A program made the position numbers and the translations under genes. From IMG/VR virus record IMGVR_UViG_3300033233_001970: 64,000 bases of DNA; one strand, given 5' to 3'. Under the pieces are notes generated by a model. That model had not been told where the DNA came from, ran no database searches, and was given only the letters and a program-made list of their open reading frames with translations. Of the stretch, positions 8,843-18,596 are shown in pieces. Within the stretch, counting starts at the first letter, position 1. Each line of letters begins with the position of its first letter. The stretch is from a virus. Lineage: Duplodnaviria; Caudoviricetes.

Positions 8843-9700
8843 ATGGCACGGGACAACCTCATTTTCGGAACCAACGTCGCCTGGCGCGCGATCGGGCAGA
8901 CGTACGTTGGTCGCGGGCGACTTTCTGGCGCGGAATACGTTGTACGACCGCACGTCGAAGACGGGTACATGCGGTGGATCCTGGGCGTGCGGCAAGGCAC
9001 GTCGTATCGGAAACCGGAAGCTACAGGCACGTTGCAGCTTGGATCATTTCCCAACAGCGGAAAGGCTATGCTAGCGGCCGATCGCGTCGAGATGCATCCG
9101 CCAGAGGCGACGCTCGAGAATCCCGTAGGCGCGAAGAACGTCGCGCTTCTCGCTGCTGCGGGCGCTGCGGTCGGCGGACTTCTCTATTTCCTGACTCGGC
9201 CCAAAGCAACATCGCTTCTCCATCCCGATTCGCGCGTGGCGCTTATCGGAGATTCGCTGTCGGTGGGGCTCGGGCCTGAGCTCGCGAAGATGGCTGCTGC
9301 CGAGAATATCCCTTTCAAATGGGAGGGCCACGGGGGCACCAATACCCGTCAGTGGGCAACGCACGCTGCGGCGTGCGGTCAGTGCGGCGACTGGATGACG
9401 GACTTCCGGCCGACGATATCCATTGTTGTACTTGGGACTAACGATGGCTCGGCTCCTGACGTGACCAACTACCAAACCATCCGCGACGGCATCCGATCAC
9501 TAGGCTCACAAGTGGTGTGGGTCGAACCGAATACAATGACCAAAAGCTCATTGGCTGCGGCACGCAAAATCATCGAATCGCTTGGCGTGCCTGTGGTTCC
9601 TGAAGTGCAAGTCCCCATCAACCAGGACGGCGTCCACCCTACTTCTCTCGGGTATTACGTCTGGGCACAGAAGATCTGGAAGTATCTCAAGGGTTCATGA
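8843..9700 (+). CDS. N-domain + ENP-TM anchor + SGNH/GDSL hydrolase
   Basis: IGDSL (block I), LGTND (block III), DGVHP (block V); TM after TLENP. Confidence 0.8.
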   Translation: MARDNLIFGTNVAWRAIGQTYVGRGRLSGAEYVVRPHVEDGYMRWILGVRQGTSYRKPEATGTLQLGSFPNSGKAMLAADRVEMHPPEATLENPVGAKNVALLAAAGAAVGGLLYFLTRPKATSLLHPDSRVALIGDSLSVGLGPELAKMAAAENIPFKWEGHGGTNTRQWATHAAACGQCGDWMTDFRPTISIVVLGTNDGSAPDVTNYQTIRDGIRSLGSQVVWVEPNTMTKSSLAAARKIIESLGVPVVPEVQVPINQDGVHPTSLGYYVWAQKIWKYLKGS

Positions 9701-9733
9701 TTCGGTGGTAGATTCGAGCGAGGATCAAGATCA

Positions 9734-10243
9734 ATGAATACTCCGCACGGACTCGGCCAGGCGCCCCAACCTTCTGCTCCTACGCCCACATGGGTCTGGG
9801 TCTCGGTAGGCGCCGTTGTCCTTGCCGAAATTGGTGCAGCGATTTGGTTTTTCAACCAACCGAAATCAAATCCAGCTACTCCGCGCTCGAGCTATTGGGA
9901 CATCTACGAGCTCAAGATCACGCCCGTCAACAAAAACACGAGCATCACGGATGCGATGGGAATCCCAATCCGTGTTCGGCACGGCGACTGGATCATCCGT
10001 TCGCTTCTCGCGGTGCCCAACGAATACGATCCGCAAAAACCGCGCACGATCACCTCCAAGCTCGAGCGCATCGAGCACAGCAAAAACACAGCGATGTACG
10101 AAGCGGGCAAGCTCGCCACCGCGTACGCGAACTTCAACATCCGCAACCCGAATCCGGCACGGGTGACCGACGAGAAAGGCAAATGCATCTTCTCTGTTGT
10201 GGGCGACCCGAGCACCAACAGAGCGGTCGAAACCACGTGCTGA
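9734..10243 (+). CDS. TM anchor + NPYTP-family domain
   Basis: TM helix, KSNPATP..WDIYELKI...RNPNPARVTDEKGKC. Confidence 0.7.
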   Translation: MNTPHGLGQAPQPSAPTPTWVWVSVGAVVLAEIGAAIWFFNQPKSNPATPRSSYWDIYELKITPVNKNTSITDAMGIPIRVRHGDWIIRSLLAVPNEYDPQKPRTITSKLERIEHSKNTAMYEAGKLATAYANFNIRNPNPARVTDEKGKCIFSVVGDPSTNRAVETTC

Positions 10244-10244
10244 G

Positions 10245-10544
10245 ATGACGATCAAGCTTTCCGTCGACGGGAAAGAAATCCCCATGAGCGCCGCCGCGAG
10301 CGCGGCGTACGGCACGCTCCCCAACTCGGAGAAGGCGATTGGTCAGCTTTTCGAGCTTCTCCGCGAATTCGATTTCGAAGAGGAAGACCGCAAGGAGCTC
10401 AACGAGCAGATTCAATTGGTGATCGCGATCTTCGGTGGCGAAATGGCCGAATACATCGCGCGTCACCAGTGTGCTACATGCGCCGCCGAATCGGAACGCA
10501 AGCACAGGGAGTTTGTCGTGAAGGCGAGCGAGAAGTCGTCGTGA
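10245..10544 (+). CDS. hypothetical protein
   Basis: coupled ORF, CxxC near C-terminus. Confidence 0.55.
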   Translation: MTIKLSVDGKEIPMSAAASAAYGTLPNSEKAIGQLFELLREFDFEEEDRKELNEQIQLVIAIFGGEMAEYIARHQCATCAAESERKHREFVVKASEKSS

Positions 10545-11365
10545 ACGGCAAGCTTGTCGGATCCATCGGCGACATCGGCGTTCCGGAGGAAGCCGGCGGG
10601 CGCGTGTACGAAACTTCGCCAGGCCATTTCGAGCTCGAATGGATCGAACCGCCGCCCGATGATCGTCGTATGGAGCCTGGAACGTACGATGCGCCGGACG
10701 GGCAATGGACGATCTATGGAGTGTTGCTCGATCCCGAGATCCCAGATTGGGGCGATTTGCGAGACGCAGCACGAAGCGTCGGCATGCCCTGGATGGAACT
10801 TGCGGACGCGTTCATGAGTACCGATCCTATCAAACGAGCATACGCTTACGAAACGTGGGCGAGTTACTACGGCTGGCACGAGCTCGATTCGTATCCGACG
10901 CATCTCTACAGGAGCGAAGTCGAGAAACGGTTCAAGACCGAGCTCTACCCGTCGGCGAGCTGGATCAAGGTCAAATCGATGCCGTACACGATGGGATCGG
11001 TACCCGTGATTGTGGCGGGGAAGACGCTCCTGTTCTCGTCTTTGCTCGTGACGCCTTCGGACGGCAGTACGCCTTTCAATCTCTTGGCACCTGCTGCCAC
11101 GGCGGTAGACACGCATCTGTTCGAGATCGAAAACGAGAACGACAGTTATTACGTTCTCATCGTCGCTGATTTCGTATTTCTAGGAAAGTACGACAGCTAC
11201 GATCCCGACGATCCGAGACCCGCAAAAGCCGATCGAGAGATCATGTTCGATGAGGAGCGGGACATACGGGGTGTATTCCCTGAAATTGGTAATTCTGCGG
11301 ATCTGTCACAAATCAACATCACTCATGAAGAAATGATCCGCCGCCTCTCGAAATGGCTGGACTGA
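10541..11365 (+). CDS. hypothetical phage protein, N-domain paralogous to 13391..14191
   Basis: ELEWI...LDxEIPxWGxL..AAxSVG...DP..RA.A.E shared; GTGA overlap. Confidence 0.7.
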   Translation: MNGKLVGSIGDIGVPEEAGGRVYETSPGHFELEWIEPPPDDRRMEPGTYDAPDGQWTIYGVLLDPEIPDWGDLRDAARSVGMPWMELADAFMSTDPIKRAYAYETWASYYGWHELDSYPTHLYRSEVEKRFKTELYPSASWIKVKSMPYTMGSVPVIVAGKTLLFSSLLVTPSDGSTPFNLLAPAATAVDTHLFEIENENDSYYVLIVADFVFLGKYDSYDPDDPRPAKADREIMFDEERDIRGVFPEIGNSADLSQINITHEEMIRRLSKWLD

Positions 11366-11366
11366 A

Positions 11367-11645
11367 ATGATCACCGAAGAGCACATCGAAAAACTGATCC
11401 ACCGCGTGCTGGATATCTTCCCAGACGCAACGGGTGTAAGCGTCGCAAGGTTCATACTTCGTTTCGGACATAGCGATTCATGGGGCTGGGATTGCACCAT
11501 CGACATTCCGCGACGTAGCAAAGGCAAACAAAAGCGACGGTTGCACGGAAATGAAGCCTTCCGAGGCAGCGGCGAAACACCAGAAGAAGCTGTCGAAAAA
11601 GCCATTCAGTTCGTGCAATGGGACAAAGCCGGCCTCCTCGATTGA
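11367..11645 (+). CDS. hypothetical protein (HicB-like G.G.TPEEA)
   Basis: FRGSGETPEEAVEKA motif. Confidence 0.5.
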   Translation: MITEEHIEKLIHRVLDIFPDATGVSVARFILRFGHSDSWGWDCTIDIPRRSKGKQKRRLHGNEAFRGSGETPEEAVEKAIQFVQWDKAGLLD

Positions 11646-11654
11646 GACGAGAAC

Positions 11655-12713
11655 ATGCAAGCCACTGCCCTCCGCTCCTATCAAAGCGCCTTCAGCTCCC
11701 CGCCAGGAGTCTACGTCGTGCATTCCGGCGACGAAGCGTACTTCCCTGCGATGGGACTCATTACGGATGGTCACGCGTTTTCGAGGTACGTCGGAGCGAT
11801 TCCAGGGTTCTTGATCGCCGAGCTCACGGCACCATCGGTCGAAATTCTGACCGCCAACCGCGACGGGTTCCGAGATCGTTCGGTGTCGTACGCGGTGGAT
11901 CGGCTCGCCGAGCGCATCGCCAAAGACAACATGAGCGCGCTCAAGGCAAAGAAGGGCCTCATTCGGAAGAAATACGAGGGTTCCGGCAAGTTCAAAGCCC
12001 GAAGCCTCGCGGCCAGCCTTCTTGAGCGCATCGGGCCAAGCGCAACGGCGCTTTCCACGGCCGATACCGAAGAAATCGTTGCGACGATCGGGGACTACGC
12101 GCGTCGAGAAGAGGAGTCGCGTCGTGAGCTACGACTCCCCGCCGCGCCCGCCGCCATCGCGATGCTCGATCAGAAATTCGCGGGTCCGAACCACATCGAA
12201 GCTGCCATCAAGCAGCTCGTTTGGGAGCCTGACTTCTACCTGATGAACGACATCGAAGGATTCACCGTTCCGAAGAAGTTCTTCCCCGAGACGATGACGC
12301 CGACCATCCTGAAGCTCGCCAAGACGTGGACCGAGCTTTGCCGGTACGTGCTCATGCAGCTTGGTTCGGAAGCGCGGTTCGGAGTCGGGTTCGTGTTCTC
12401 GAACCATATGGCGGCAGCGGCGATGGAAGAGGAAGACAAAGACGGGCGGCCCGAGCCGTGGATCATGTTGAATCCTCACAAGGACATGTACAATCTCGAC
12501 GAGATTTGGCGCCCTTCGCAAAATCCCGATCTCAAATGGCTTTACGCCGCCGCGATTCACGAAGCGACACACATCGCCGATCGCATTTCGTACCACGACG
12601 AGAGCTTCGCAGCGGCTCTTACTAGAAACATGGCCAAATGCGCGGATGGGTACCGCAAGATTCGGCAGATCGTGGACGGACTGCGGATGCGTGGTGGGCC
12701 GGAGCTCGACTGA
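11655..12713 (+). CDS. HExxH metallopeptidase-like protein, possibly C-terminal part of a GHKL-ATPase-type protein
   Basis: AAIHEATH...HDESF zincin-like motif; LTANRDG resembles GHKL transducer region; no ATPase N-domain seen. Confidence 0.5.
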   Translation: MQATALRSYQSAFSSPPGVYVVHSGDEAYFPAMGLITDGHAFSRYVGAIPGFLIAELTAPSVEILTANRDGFRDRSVSYAVDRLAERIAKDNMSALKAKKGLIRKKYEGSGKFKARSLAASLLERIGPSATALSTADTEEIVATIGDYARREEESRRELRLPAAPAAIAMLDQKFAGPNHIEAAIKQLVWEPDFYLMNDIEGFTVPKKFFPETMTPTILKLAKTWTELCRYVLMQLGSEARFGVGFVFSNHMAAAAMEEEDKDGRPEPWIMLNPHKDMYNLDEIWRPSQNPDLKWLYAAAIHEATHIADRISYHDESFAAALTRNMAKCADGYRKIRQIVDGLRMRGGPELD

Positions 12714-12714
12714 A

Positions 12715-13401
12715 ATGCGTCGGAAGATCCAGACGACGAACAATGCCGGCGCAGACGCCGTCACCTACGCCAAGGCTCGCGATGGACTTTATTGGTATTT
12801 TCGTCGCTACGGCATCGACGAGAGCCGGTTCGGATGGCAGATTGAGCCGCTCGGAGGAAAGCTGGAGATCAAGTACGGAAGCAAAGTGAAAATCTATCGC
12901 GTGCCGGCGGCTCCGCTTCTCGAGCACGTGCCTGATGATCCCGCTTGGGGTTACCGTGGCATGTCCTGGGAAGAGTGGAAATTCATCCGCATCGAGAAAC
13001 GTATCGAGAGCCTGTACGCGCACAACTTGGGCGAAGAGCAAACAGGTTTCACATTCTTCGGCAAGGCAAGCCAAGCAGAATCCTACGCTTCGGGTTTCGC
13101 GCCGCTGCCGTACTTGCCGGCCTTTCGCCGACCAGGTGTTGTTGTCGCTGTACCGCGAGAGCTTTTGCTTACGCACAAGGACAGGCCCAAGGCCATTCCG
13201 GGCTCGGAGTTGGCCGCGTTCGGGGCGTTGCCAGCAAGTGTCATTGGCGGCGTGTGGTACCTCATTCCGAATCGCATTCGGTTTGGGGCGCTAGACATTG
13301 TACTCGATCTTCTCTCCAACGTTACGCGATGGACGGACGGCAGCCGACACAACCCAAGCGTGAGCTACATCGTGTATCATGAGGCGTCCCATGCGACGTA
13401 A
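12715..13401 (+). CDS. hypothetical protein, ADP-ribosyltransferase-like fold possible
   Basis: GYRGMS..E...TFF...A.SYA....VV.V...E pattern. Confidence 0.45.
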   Translation: MRRKIQTTNNAGADAVTYAKARDGLYWYFRRYGIDESRFGWQIEPLGGKLEIKYGSKVKIYRVPAAPLLEHVPDDPAWGYRGMSWEEWKFIRIEKRIESLYAHNLGEEQTGFTFFGKASQAESYASGFAPLPYLPAFRRPGVVVAVPRELLLTHKDRPKAIPGSELAAFGALPASVIGGVWYLIPNRIRFGALDIVLDLLSNVTRWTDGSRHNPSVSYIVYHEASHAT

Positions 13402-14191
13402 CCCAGAAATCAAAAAACTTCTAGGCACCCTCGACAGCCCGCCAGGCAACGGCGGATTCGTCTACGAGGTTCAGGGAGACTCCACAACCTGGCACGAGCT
13501 TGAATGGATTGTCCGTAAAGGAAAAAAGTGGCGGGTCTACACGGTGCCTTTGGATCAAGAAATTCCTCACTGGGGCAATCTTGCCGAGGCCGCAGGATCC
13601 GTCGGGATCAGTTTCGTCGAGCTCGGCAGAAGATTCGAGAGCGATGATCCGATGGAGCGAGCGAACGCATGGGAGATTTACGGCGATTCCGAAGGCTGGG
13701 ATGAAGTCGATGACACGTGGGAGGAGCTCGACGCGGACGAAGTCAACGACCGGTACTCGCTCGCCGTACCTGTCAAAGATCCAGTTCCGACAAAAATCCC
13801 GCCGCTCGACAATTTCACCGATGCGTACATCACGGCCGCGCTCTGGTCGACGAACGACGAATCAACACCGGCGGGCGGTGTACCGCTCGATCAGAACTAC
13901 GGCATTCACGACATCCACCGCGACACGCTCAAGAAGATGATCGAGGACTGCGAGCGATTTCAGGCGATGAACATGCACGATCTCGATCTCGCGTATCAAC
14001 ACAGCGGCGGACACGGCGGGTACGCTCCAGGCAACGCGGGCCATGATTTTTGGTTGACGCGCGGTGGCCATGGCACAGGATTCTGGGACCGTGGACTTGG
14101 CGACGTCGGCGACCGGCTCACGAAAGTGTCGGAAAAGTTCGGTGAATTCAATCTCTACGTCGGCGACGACGGGAAGATTCACGGTTCGTGA
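13391..14191 (+). CDS. MRRNP-tagged two-domain phage protein
   Basis: C-domain AYITAALWS...AGHDFWLTRGGHGTGFWDRG recalled as a recurrent phage family. Confidence 0.75.
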   Translation: MRRNPEIKKLLGTLDSPPGNGGFVYEVQGDSTTWHELEWIVRKGKKWRVYTVPLDQEIPHWGNLAEAAGSVGISFVELGRRFESDDPMERANAWEIYGDSEGWDEVDDTWEELDADEVNDRYSLAVPVKDPVPTKIPPLDNFTDAYITAALWSTNDESTPAGGVPLDQNYGIHDIHRDTLKKMIEDCERFQAMNMHDLDLAYQHSGGHGGYAPGNAGHDFWLTRGGHGTGFWDRGLGDVGDRLTKVSEKFGEFNLYVGDDGKIHGS

Positions 14192-14559
14192 GCCTCTGGC
14201 TTTCACCGCAAAAACCTTCGCTCGTGAAGCTCGAGCGCTTCGCTTGGTATCCGCACTTTCTCGACAACCTCGAAGACACGCTCATGGGTCATCGAGGAAA
14301 ACCTGGCTTGCCGGAATACGTCACCGTTCGGTGGAAGAAGTACGACAAATTTCTTTTCACCATTGAGACCGATGACGAAGAAGACGATCAGGAAGAATGG
14401 GCGTTTATCGATCACGTTGCAGAGCTCATCGGGGGCGGCGCCGATGTTCCGCCACTTGTTGCGCGACGCAATCGTCCTGAAGACGGCATTCATCGCGCAT
14501 GGGCGGCGCGTAAGCTCGGACTCGAGGTCGCGCCGGTGATCGATCTCACAGAGATGTGA
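14188..14559 (+). CDS. ParB/Srx-like domain protein
   Basis: PPLV..EDGIHRAWAARKLG..APVI. Confidence 0.55.
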   Translation: MSLWLSPQKPSLVKLERFAWYPHFLDNLEDTLMGHRGKPGLPEYVTVRWKKYDKFLFTIETDDEEDDQEEWAFIDHVAELIGGGADVPPLVARRNRPEDGIHRAWAARKLGLEVAPVIDLTEM

Positions 14560-14742
14560 TCATTCTTCAGCGTCGACCATTTTAGCGTAGGCGTCACCGA
14601 TTCGTCCCGCATGAGCGCTTGCTGAAGCCGCAGCTATTTGAATACTGCACGCCTCTCCCACTTTCGCGCCGCACAATCGACACGGCACTTCGGTTACCAA
14701 GATACTTTTTTCGCCGCGTGTGAGCTTGAGAACGGTCGTCAT
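14560..14742 (-). CDS. small zinc-finger protein
   Basis: PCRLCGAKVGEAC...H..R. Confidence 0.55.
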   Translation of the reverse strand: MTTVLKLTRGEKSILVTEVPCRLCGAKVGEACSIQIAAASASAHAGRIGDAYAKMVDAEE

Positions 14743-15423
14743 TGCTTCATCTTCCGCGATGTTCGAAAAAAGCATTCGGCCACCGGCTGCCGATCCCTAC
14801 TTCGACGGACTCGATTTTCCGCTCGGGCTCCCACCATCCACCTTGCTGGATGCCGATGCATGGGAAGATCGTGCAGTACCCGCCGATTGCTTTGGCGGTG
14901 TACATGTGCCCTCGACCGCAGCGACCGGCAAAAGCAGCGGATGTTCGGTAGATGTTCATTTTGAAAGCGCCGCCTCTCCGGGTAGCTAATTCCGGGTGGA
15001 CCGATACCGCCGCGTGGGATTGATTTGTTGCGAACATTGCAGTTCGGTGCGCGGTACCAGCGACGCCTTCCGGGCGGCAGCATCTCCCGCACCTCCAACC
15101 CAGACTTCGAGCGAACGGATCAGGGAGCCGAGGCGGCCCTTAGCCCCATGCCGGAGACATTACGACGGTTTGATACAAGCGGCCATCTTCTCGACGCATC
15201 GCGAGCAGACGTACGCGTTGTTCTGGATCGGGGAAGGCGGATTCGTAACACCAATGACGCCCTGTGGACAGTCTTCGCCGCAGAGCGAACAATAGCGAAA
15301 GCCGTCGGGATCGGGCCAAAGTGAAACTCGATCGAGGTGGGCGCCCAAGATGCGCGACTCATCGTCGTGACCTAGCACGTTTTCGTCGCCGTTGCACTAC
15401 AACTCTGGTATACAAATCGAGCC

Positions 15424-16857
15424 ATGAAAATCCACAACGTCCGCCTCGGCCTCGCCACGAACTCGAGCTCGACCCACTCGATCATCTTCACGAAGAACCG
15501 CGTGAAGGACAAAGACGTCGAGGGGCGCGAATTCGGCTGGGATCTTTGGACTGCTGCCTCGAAAGAAGCGAAGCGGCAGTACGTCGCGATCCATCTCCTT
15601 CACGCCATTCGTGGCCAGGTCTCCAAGGACGTCGCCGATGCGGTGCTCGAGCAGTGGATCCCAGGCGTCGAGCGTCCGGTGAAGGAAGACGACGAATTCG
15701 CATGGGACGAACAGGTTCGCGGCTACGTCGATCATCAGTCGGAATACGTGCTCCCGCGTGCGTGGGACGGCGCGGGTGTCGACAAGGCGTTCTTCGAGGA
15801 CTTCCGCGACTTCTTCCTTCGTGACGACGTCGTCATCCTCGGCGGCAACGACAACGACGACGAGACTCACGAGCTCGGTAAGGGTTTCGTGCTCCCCATC
15901 ACACGGGACGGCGGCGCAGGCGATATGGTCGCGCGCAAAGACGAACAGGGCGGCTATTGGACGCTCTTCGATCGCAACGACGGTACTAAGATTCGGTTCT
16001 CGTTCGACACGCCAACTTCGAGAAAAGAAGTCACAAAGGCGTCCGCGCCAGAGCTTGTCGACATCAAGATCACCGACTTCTGTCCCTACAACTGCGCGTT
16101 TTGCTACCAGGGCTCGACCGGCGGCGGCAAACACGCCGATGTCGGCATGTTCTACCGCATTGCAGAAACGCTCGGACAGCTCCGCGTCTTCGAAGTTGCC
16201 ATCGGCGGCGGCGAACCGACGCTTCACCCGAAGTTTCTCCAGATTCTCGACGCATTCAAGAGCCGTGGCATCGTCGCGAATTTCACGACGAAGAATCTCG
16301 CGTGGCTCCGCGATGCGATGGCGTGGCCGAAGATCATGGAAAAGATCGGCGCATTCGCGTTTTCGGTCGATGACGAAAAAGACGTCGAGCAGCTCGCCGC
16401 GCTTCTCGAGGTGAACGGCATCGACACAAGCCAAGCGTCCGTGCAGTACGTCATGGGCTCCACCGACGTCTACAAGATGGAGCGGATTATCGAGAAAGCG
16501 GCCGACGCCCGTCTTCGCATCACGCTCCTCGGCTACAAGACGACAGGACGTGGTTCGAGCTTCAAGCCGCAGCCGTACAAGGACTGGGTCAAGCGCGTCA
16601 AGAAGCTCTACGAACAGAAGCACTATTTCACGCTCGGCATCGACACCGCACTCGCCAAGGAAAGTGGTGGCGAGCTCGCCGACGAACGCATCCCGACCAA
16701 GCTCTACGCGACGGACGAAGGCAAGTTCTCGATGTACATCGATGCGGTCGACGGAAAAATCGCGGCGTCGTCCTACGTCGAGGACATCGCGATGAAACGC
16801 GCGGATCTCCAGAATCTCACCAAAGAGAAGCTCGTCGCGGCGTTCGCGGAGTGGTGA
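15424..16857 (+). CDS. radical SAM protein with N-terminal TNSSS domain
   Basis: CPYNCAFC (CxxxCxxC), GGGEPTLHP, NFTT; RLGLATNSSSTHS N-terminus. Confidence 0.9.
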   Translation: MKIHNVRLGLATNSSSTHSIIFTKNRVKDKDVEGREFGWDLWTAASKEAKRQYVAIHLLHAIRGQVSKDVADAVLEQWIPGVERPVKEDDEFAWDEQVRGYVDHQSEYVLPRAWDGAGVDKAFFEDFRDFFLRDDVVILGGNDNDDETHELGKGFVLPITRDGGAGDMVARKDEQGGYWTLFDRNDGTKIRFSFDTPTSRKEVTKASAPELVDIKITDFCPYNCAFCYQGSTGGGKHADVGMFYRIAETLGQLRVFEVAIGGGEPTLHPKFLQILDAFKSRGIVANFTTKNLAWLRDAMAWPKIMEKIGAFAFSVDDEKDVEQLAALLEVNGIDTSQASVQYVMGSTDVYKMERIIEKAADARLRITLLGYKTTGRGSSFKPQPYKDWVKRVKKLYEQKHYFTLGIDTALAKESGGELADERIPTKLYATDEGKFSMYIDAVDGKIAASSYVEDIAMKRADLQNLTKEKLVAAFAEW

Positions 16858-16900
16858 CCGCGTCTTGACTTTCCGCGCCCGTCATGTCCGTAATGCAAGA

Positions 16901-17473
16901 ATGGCGAAACCGCCGTGGCCGTACGATCCGAGATTACGCGAGCTACTTGTCGCCTTTCTCAAGGTGGCAAAAAAAGTACGTAAATCCTATGCCATTGGCG
17001 GCGCCTTAGCGATGAGCGCCCACGGGTACGTACGTCAGACGTCGGATTTGGACGCGTTTCTTTTGGATGAGGATCGGCTCGATTGGTTACGCGCGCTCCG
17101 TAAGGCAGGTCTCACGATTGACAGCGTTTTTCGAGGTATTCACTACATCGCTTTTTTCCCGAAACACGCGGATCCGCGCATCCGTATTGATTTGCTTTTC
17201 CCGGCTACGGAGCCCGAGTTAAGCGCAGTCGAATTCCCGGTGAGTGCAAAAATAGCTGGATTCAACGCAGAAGTATTCCCGTTGGAATTACTTGTTGTGG
17301 CCAAGTTTTTGTCCGACAGGCCGGAAGATCAACGAGACTTCGACGTCATGTTCAATCTGGGTATTTTCGAACCGACCGCAGCTCGAAGAATTATCAAATC
17401 CATCGAGCCAAAGAAAGTCGTCGCTACTTTCGATCAAAGAATCAAAGACCTGAGCAGACCTCGCTTGCCGTGA
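16901..17473 (+). CDS. nucleotidyltransferase family protein
   Basis: IGGALAM..HG..R.T.DLD motif; LVVAK...R..D..D. Confidence 0.8.
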   Translation: MAKPPWPYDPRLRELLVAFLKVAKKVRKSYAIGGALAMSAHGYVRQTSDLDAFLLDEDRLDWLRALRKAGLTIDSVFRGIHYIAFFPKHADPRIRIDLLFPATEPELSAVEFPVSAKIAGFNAEVFPLELLVVAKFLSDRPEDQRDFDVMFNLGIFEPTAARRIIKSIEPKKVVATFDQRIKDLSRPRLP

Positions 17474-17480
17474 GGGTGCG

Positions 17481-17816
17481 ATGATGACTGGCAAAGAAGC
17501 GGTTCGGATCATCAACGACTCCCTGAGCCGGTCAGGACGAACGAAATTTCGAAGAGCTACACGATCTCGTGGGTACAAATGCTGTCGCGACCATCGACGC
17601 ACTTCAGGCGCTCACGACAGCGATCGAATACGCCATGCTTCTGCGCATGTAATGGACTGCATGTGCCAGACGTGCGGACGCGAATTTCATCTCTTGGTTC
17701 GTGCGTCGGAGTACGCCTCCGAAGCCGAATCGAACGAAGCGCCTCGGCTCTGCCCGCGCTGTTGGAAAGCGCAGCCCAAACCACCTAACCGCCCTCCGTT
17801 CCACGAAAATGACTGA
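17481..17816 (+). CDS. zinc-ribbon protein
   Basis: CQTCGREF...PRLCPRC. Confidence 0.5.
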   Translation: MMTGKEAVRIINDSLSRSGRTKFRRATRSRGYKCCRDHRRTSGAHDSDRIRHASAHVMDCMCQTCGREFHLLVRASEYASEAESNEAPRLCPRCWKAQPKPPNRPPFHEND

Positions 17817-18282
17817 ACGCGATCCTGACCCGTACGTGATGTACATCGTCGTGCGTAGGAGCTTGAAGCTCTCCGCTGGCAAAGTCGGCGCGCAGTGTGG
17901 TCACGCCGTCCAGTACCTCATGCAAGAATTTTTGCCCGAGAGATGGCCCACCAGAGACGAGGCGAAGCTCCTGTCACGAAAGGTTGCCGGAACGCTTACC
18001 GACGAAGAACGCACCCGCTTCGAGGCGTTGGAAAAAGAGAAAGACGACCGATACGAACGTTGCGTTACGGCCGGCGAATGGCTTAAGGGCGATCACGCGA
18101 AAATCATCCTCGGCGCGAGCGACGACGAGTTCATGAAAGTGCAGCTCGAGAACGAGCACTTCTTCATGGTCGTCGACCTCGGGTACACCCAGGTTGCGCC
18201 TGACACTGAGACGTCGCTCGGCTTATGGCCGATGAGAAAAAGCGCAGCGTCGGAAACCGTCAAGACATTGAGACCGTTGTAA
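17809..18282 (+). CDS. pth2: peptidyl-tRNA hydrolase, PTH2 family
   Basis: MYIVVRRSLKLSAGKVGAQCGHA...KIIL...DLGYTQVAPDTETSLGLWP. Confidence 0.85.
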   Translation: MTERDPDPYVMYIVVRRSLKLSAGKVGAQCGHAVQYLMQEFLPERWPTRDEAKLLSRKVAGTLTDEERTRFEALEKEKDDRYERCVTAGEWLKGDHAKIILGASDDEFMKVQLENEHFFMVVDLGYTQVAPDTETSLGLWPMRKSAASETVKTLRPL

Positions 18283-18336
18283 AGGCAGCTCGACGCCGTA
18301 AAGCTCGAGACACTCGATCCTCGACCGGGAGACATC

Positions 18337-18543
18337 ATGAACGAACACATTCTGCAATTCTTCGTATGGGAACACCTTCCCGAACATCTCGCTGAGGTGA
18401 GCAAGCCGTTCGGCGAGCTCGCGAACCAGATCGTCGCGACGCTGCCGCGCAATCAGGAGCGCACCGTGGCGCTTCGCAAGCTGCTTGAGGCGAAGGACGC
18501 GGCGGTTCGCGCAAAGCTCGCGAAGGAAGACGTCACGAAGTAA
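18337..18543 (+). CDS. small helical-hairpin phage protein (possible Acb2/Tad1-like sponge)
   Basis: FF.WEHLPEHL..VSKPF..LA......P...ERTVALRKLLEAKDAAVRA; RBS GGAG. Confidence 0.65.
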   Translation: MNEHILQFFVWEHLPEHLAEVSKPFGELANQIVATLPRNQERTVALRKLLEAKDAAVRAKLAKEDVTK

Positions 18544-18596
18544 CGGTTTTCGTTCCGCAACGTCAACGGCTTTCGTTGATGGTAGTATCGGTGACG

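Noticed and set aside
7457-9130. ENP motifs as picornavirus-like 2A ribosomal-skipping peptides (DxExNPGP)
   Set aside because: The obligatory G-P after NP is absent, and 2A skipping is not known to work on bacterial ribosomes
15397-16623. Long antisense ORFs (e.g. 15397..16623, 31357..32553, 52464..53408, 41778..42668)
   Set aside because: Shadow frames of GC-rich genes with recognisable motifs or better coupling on the other strand
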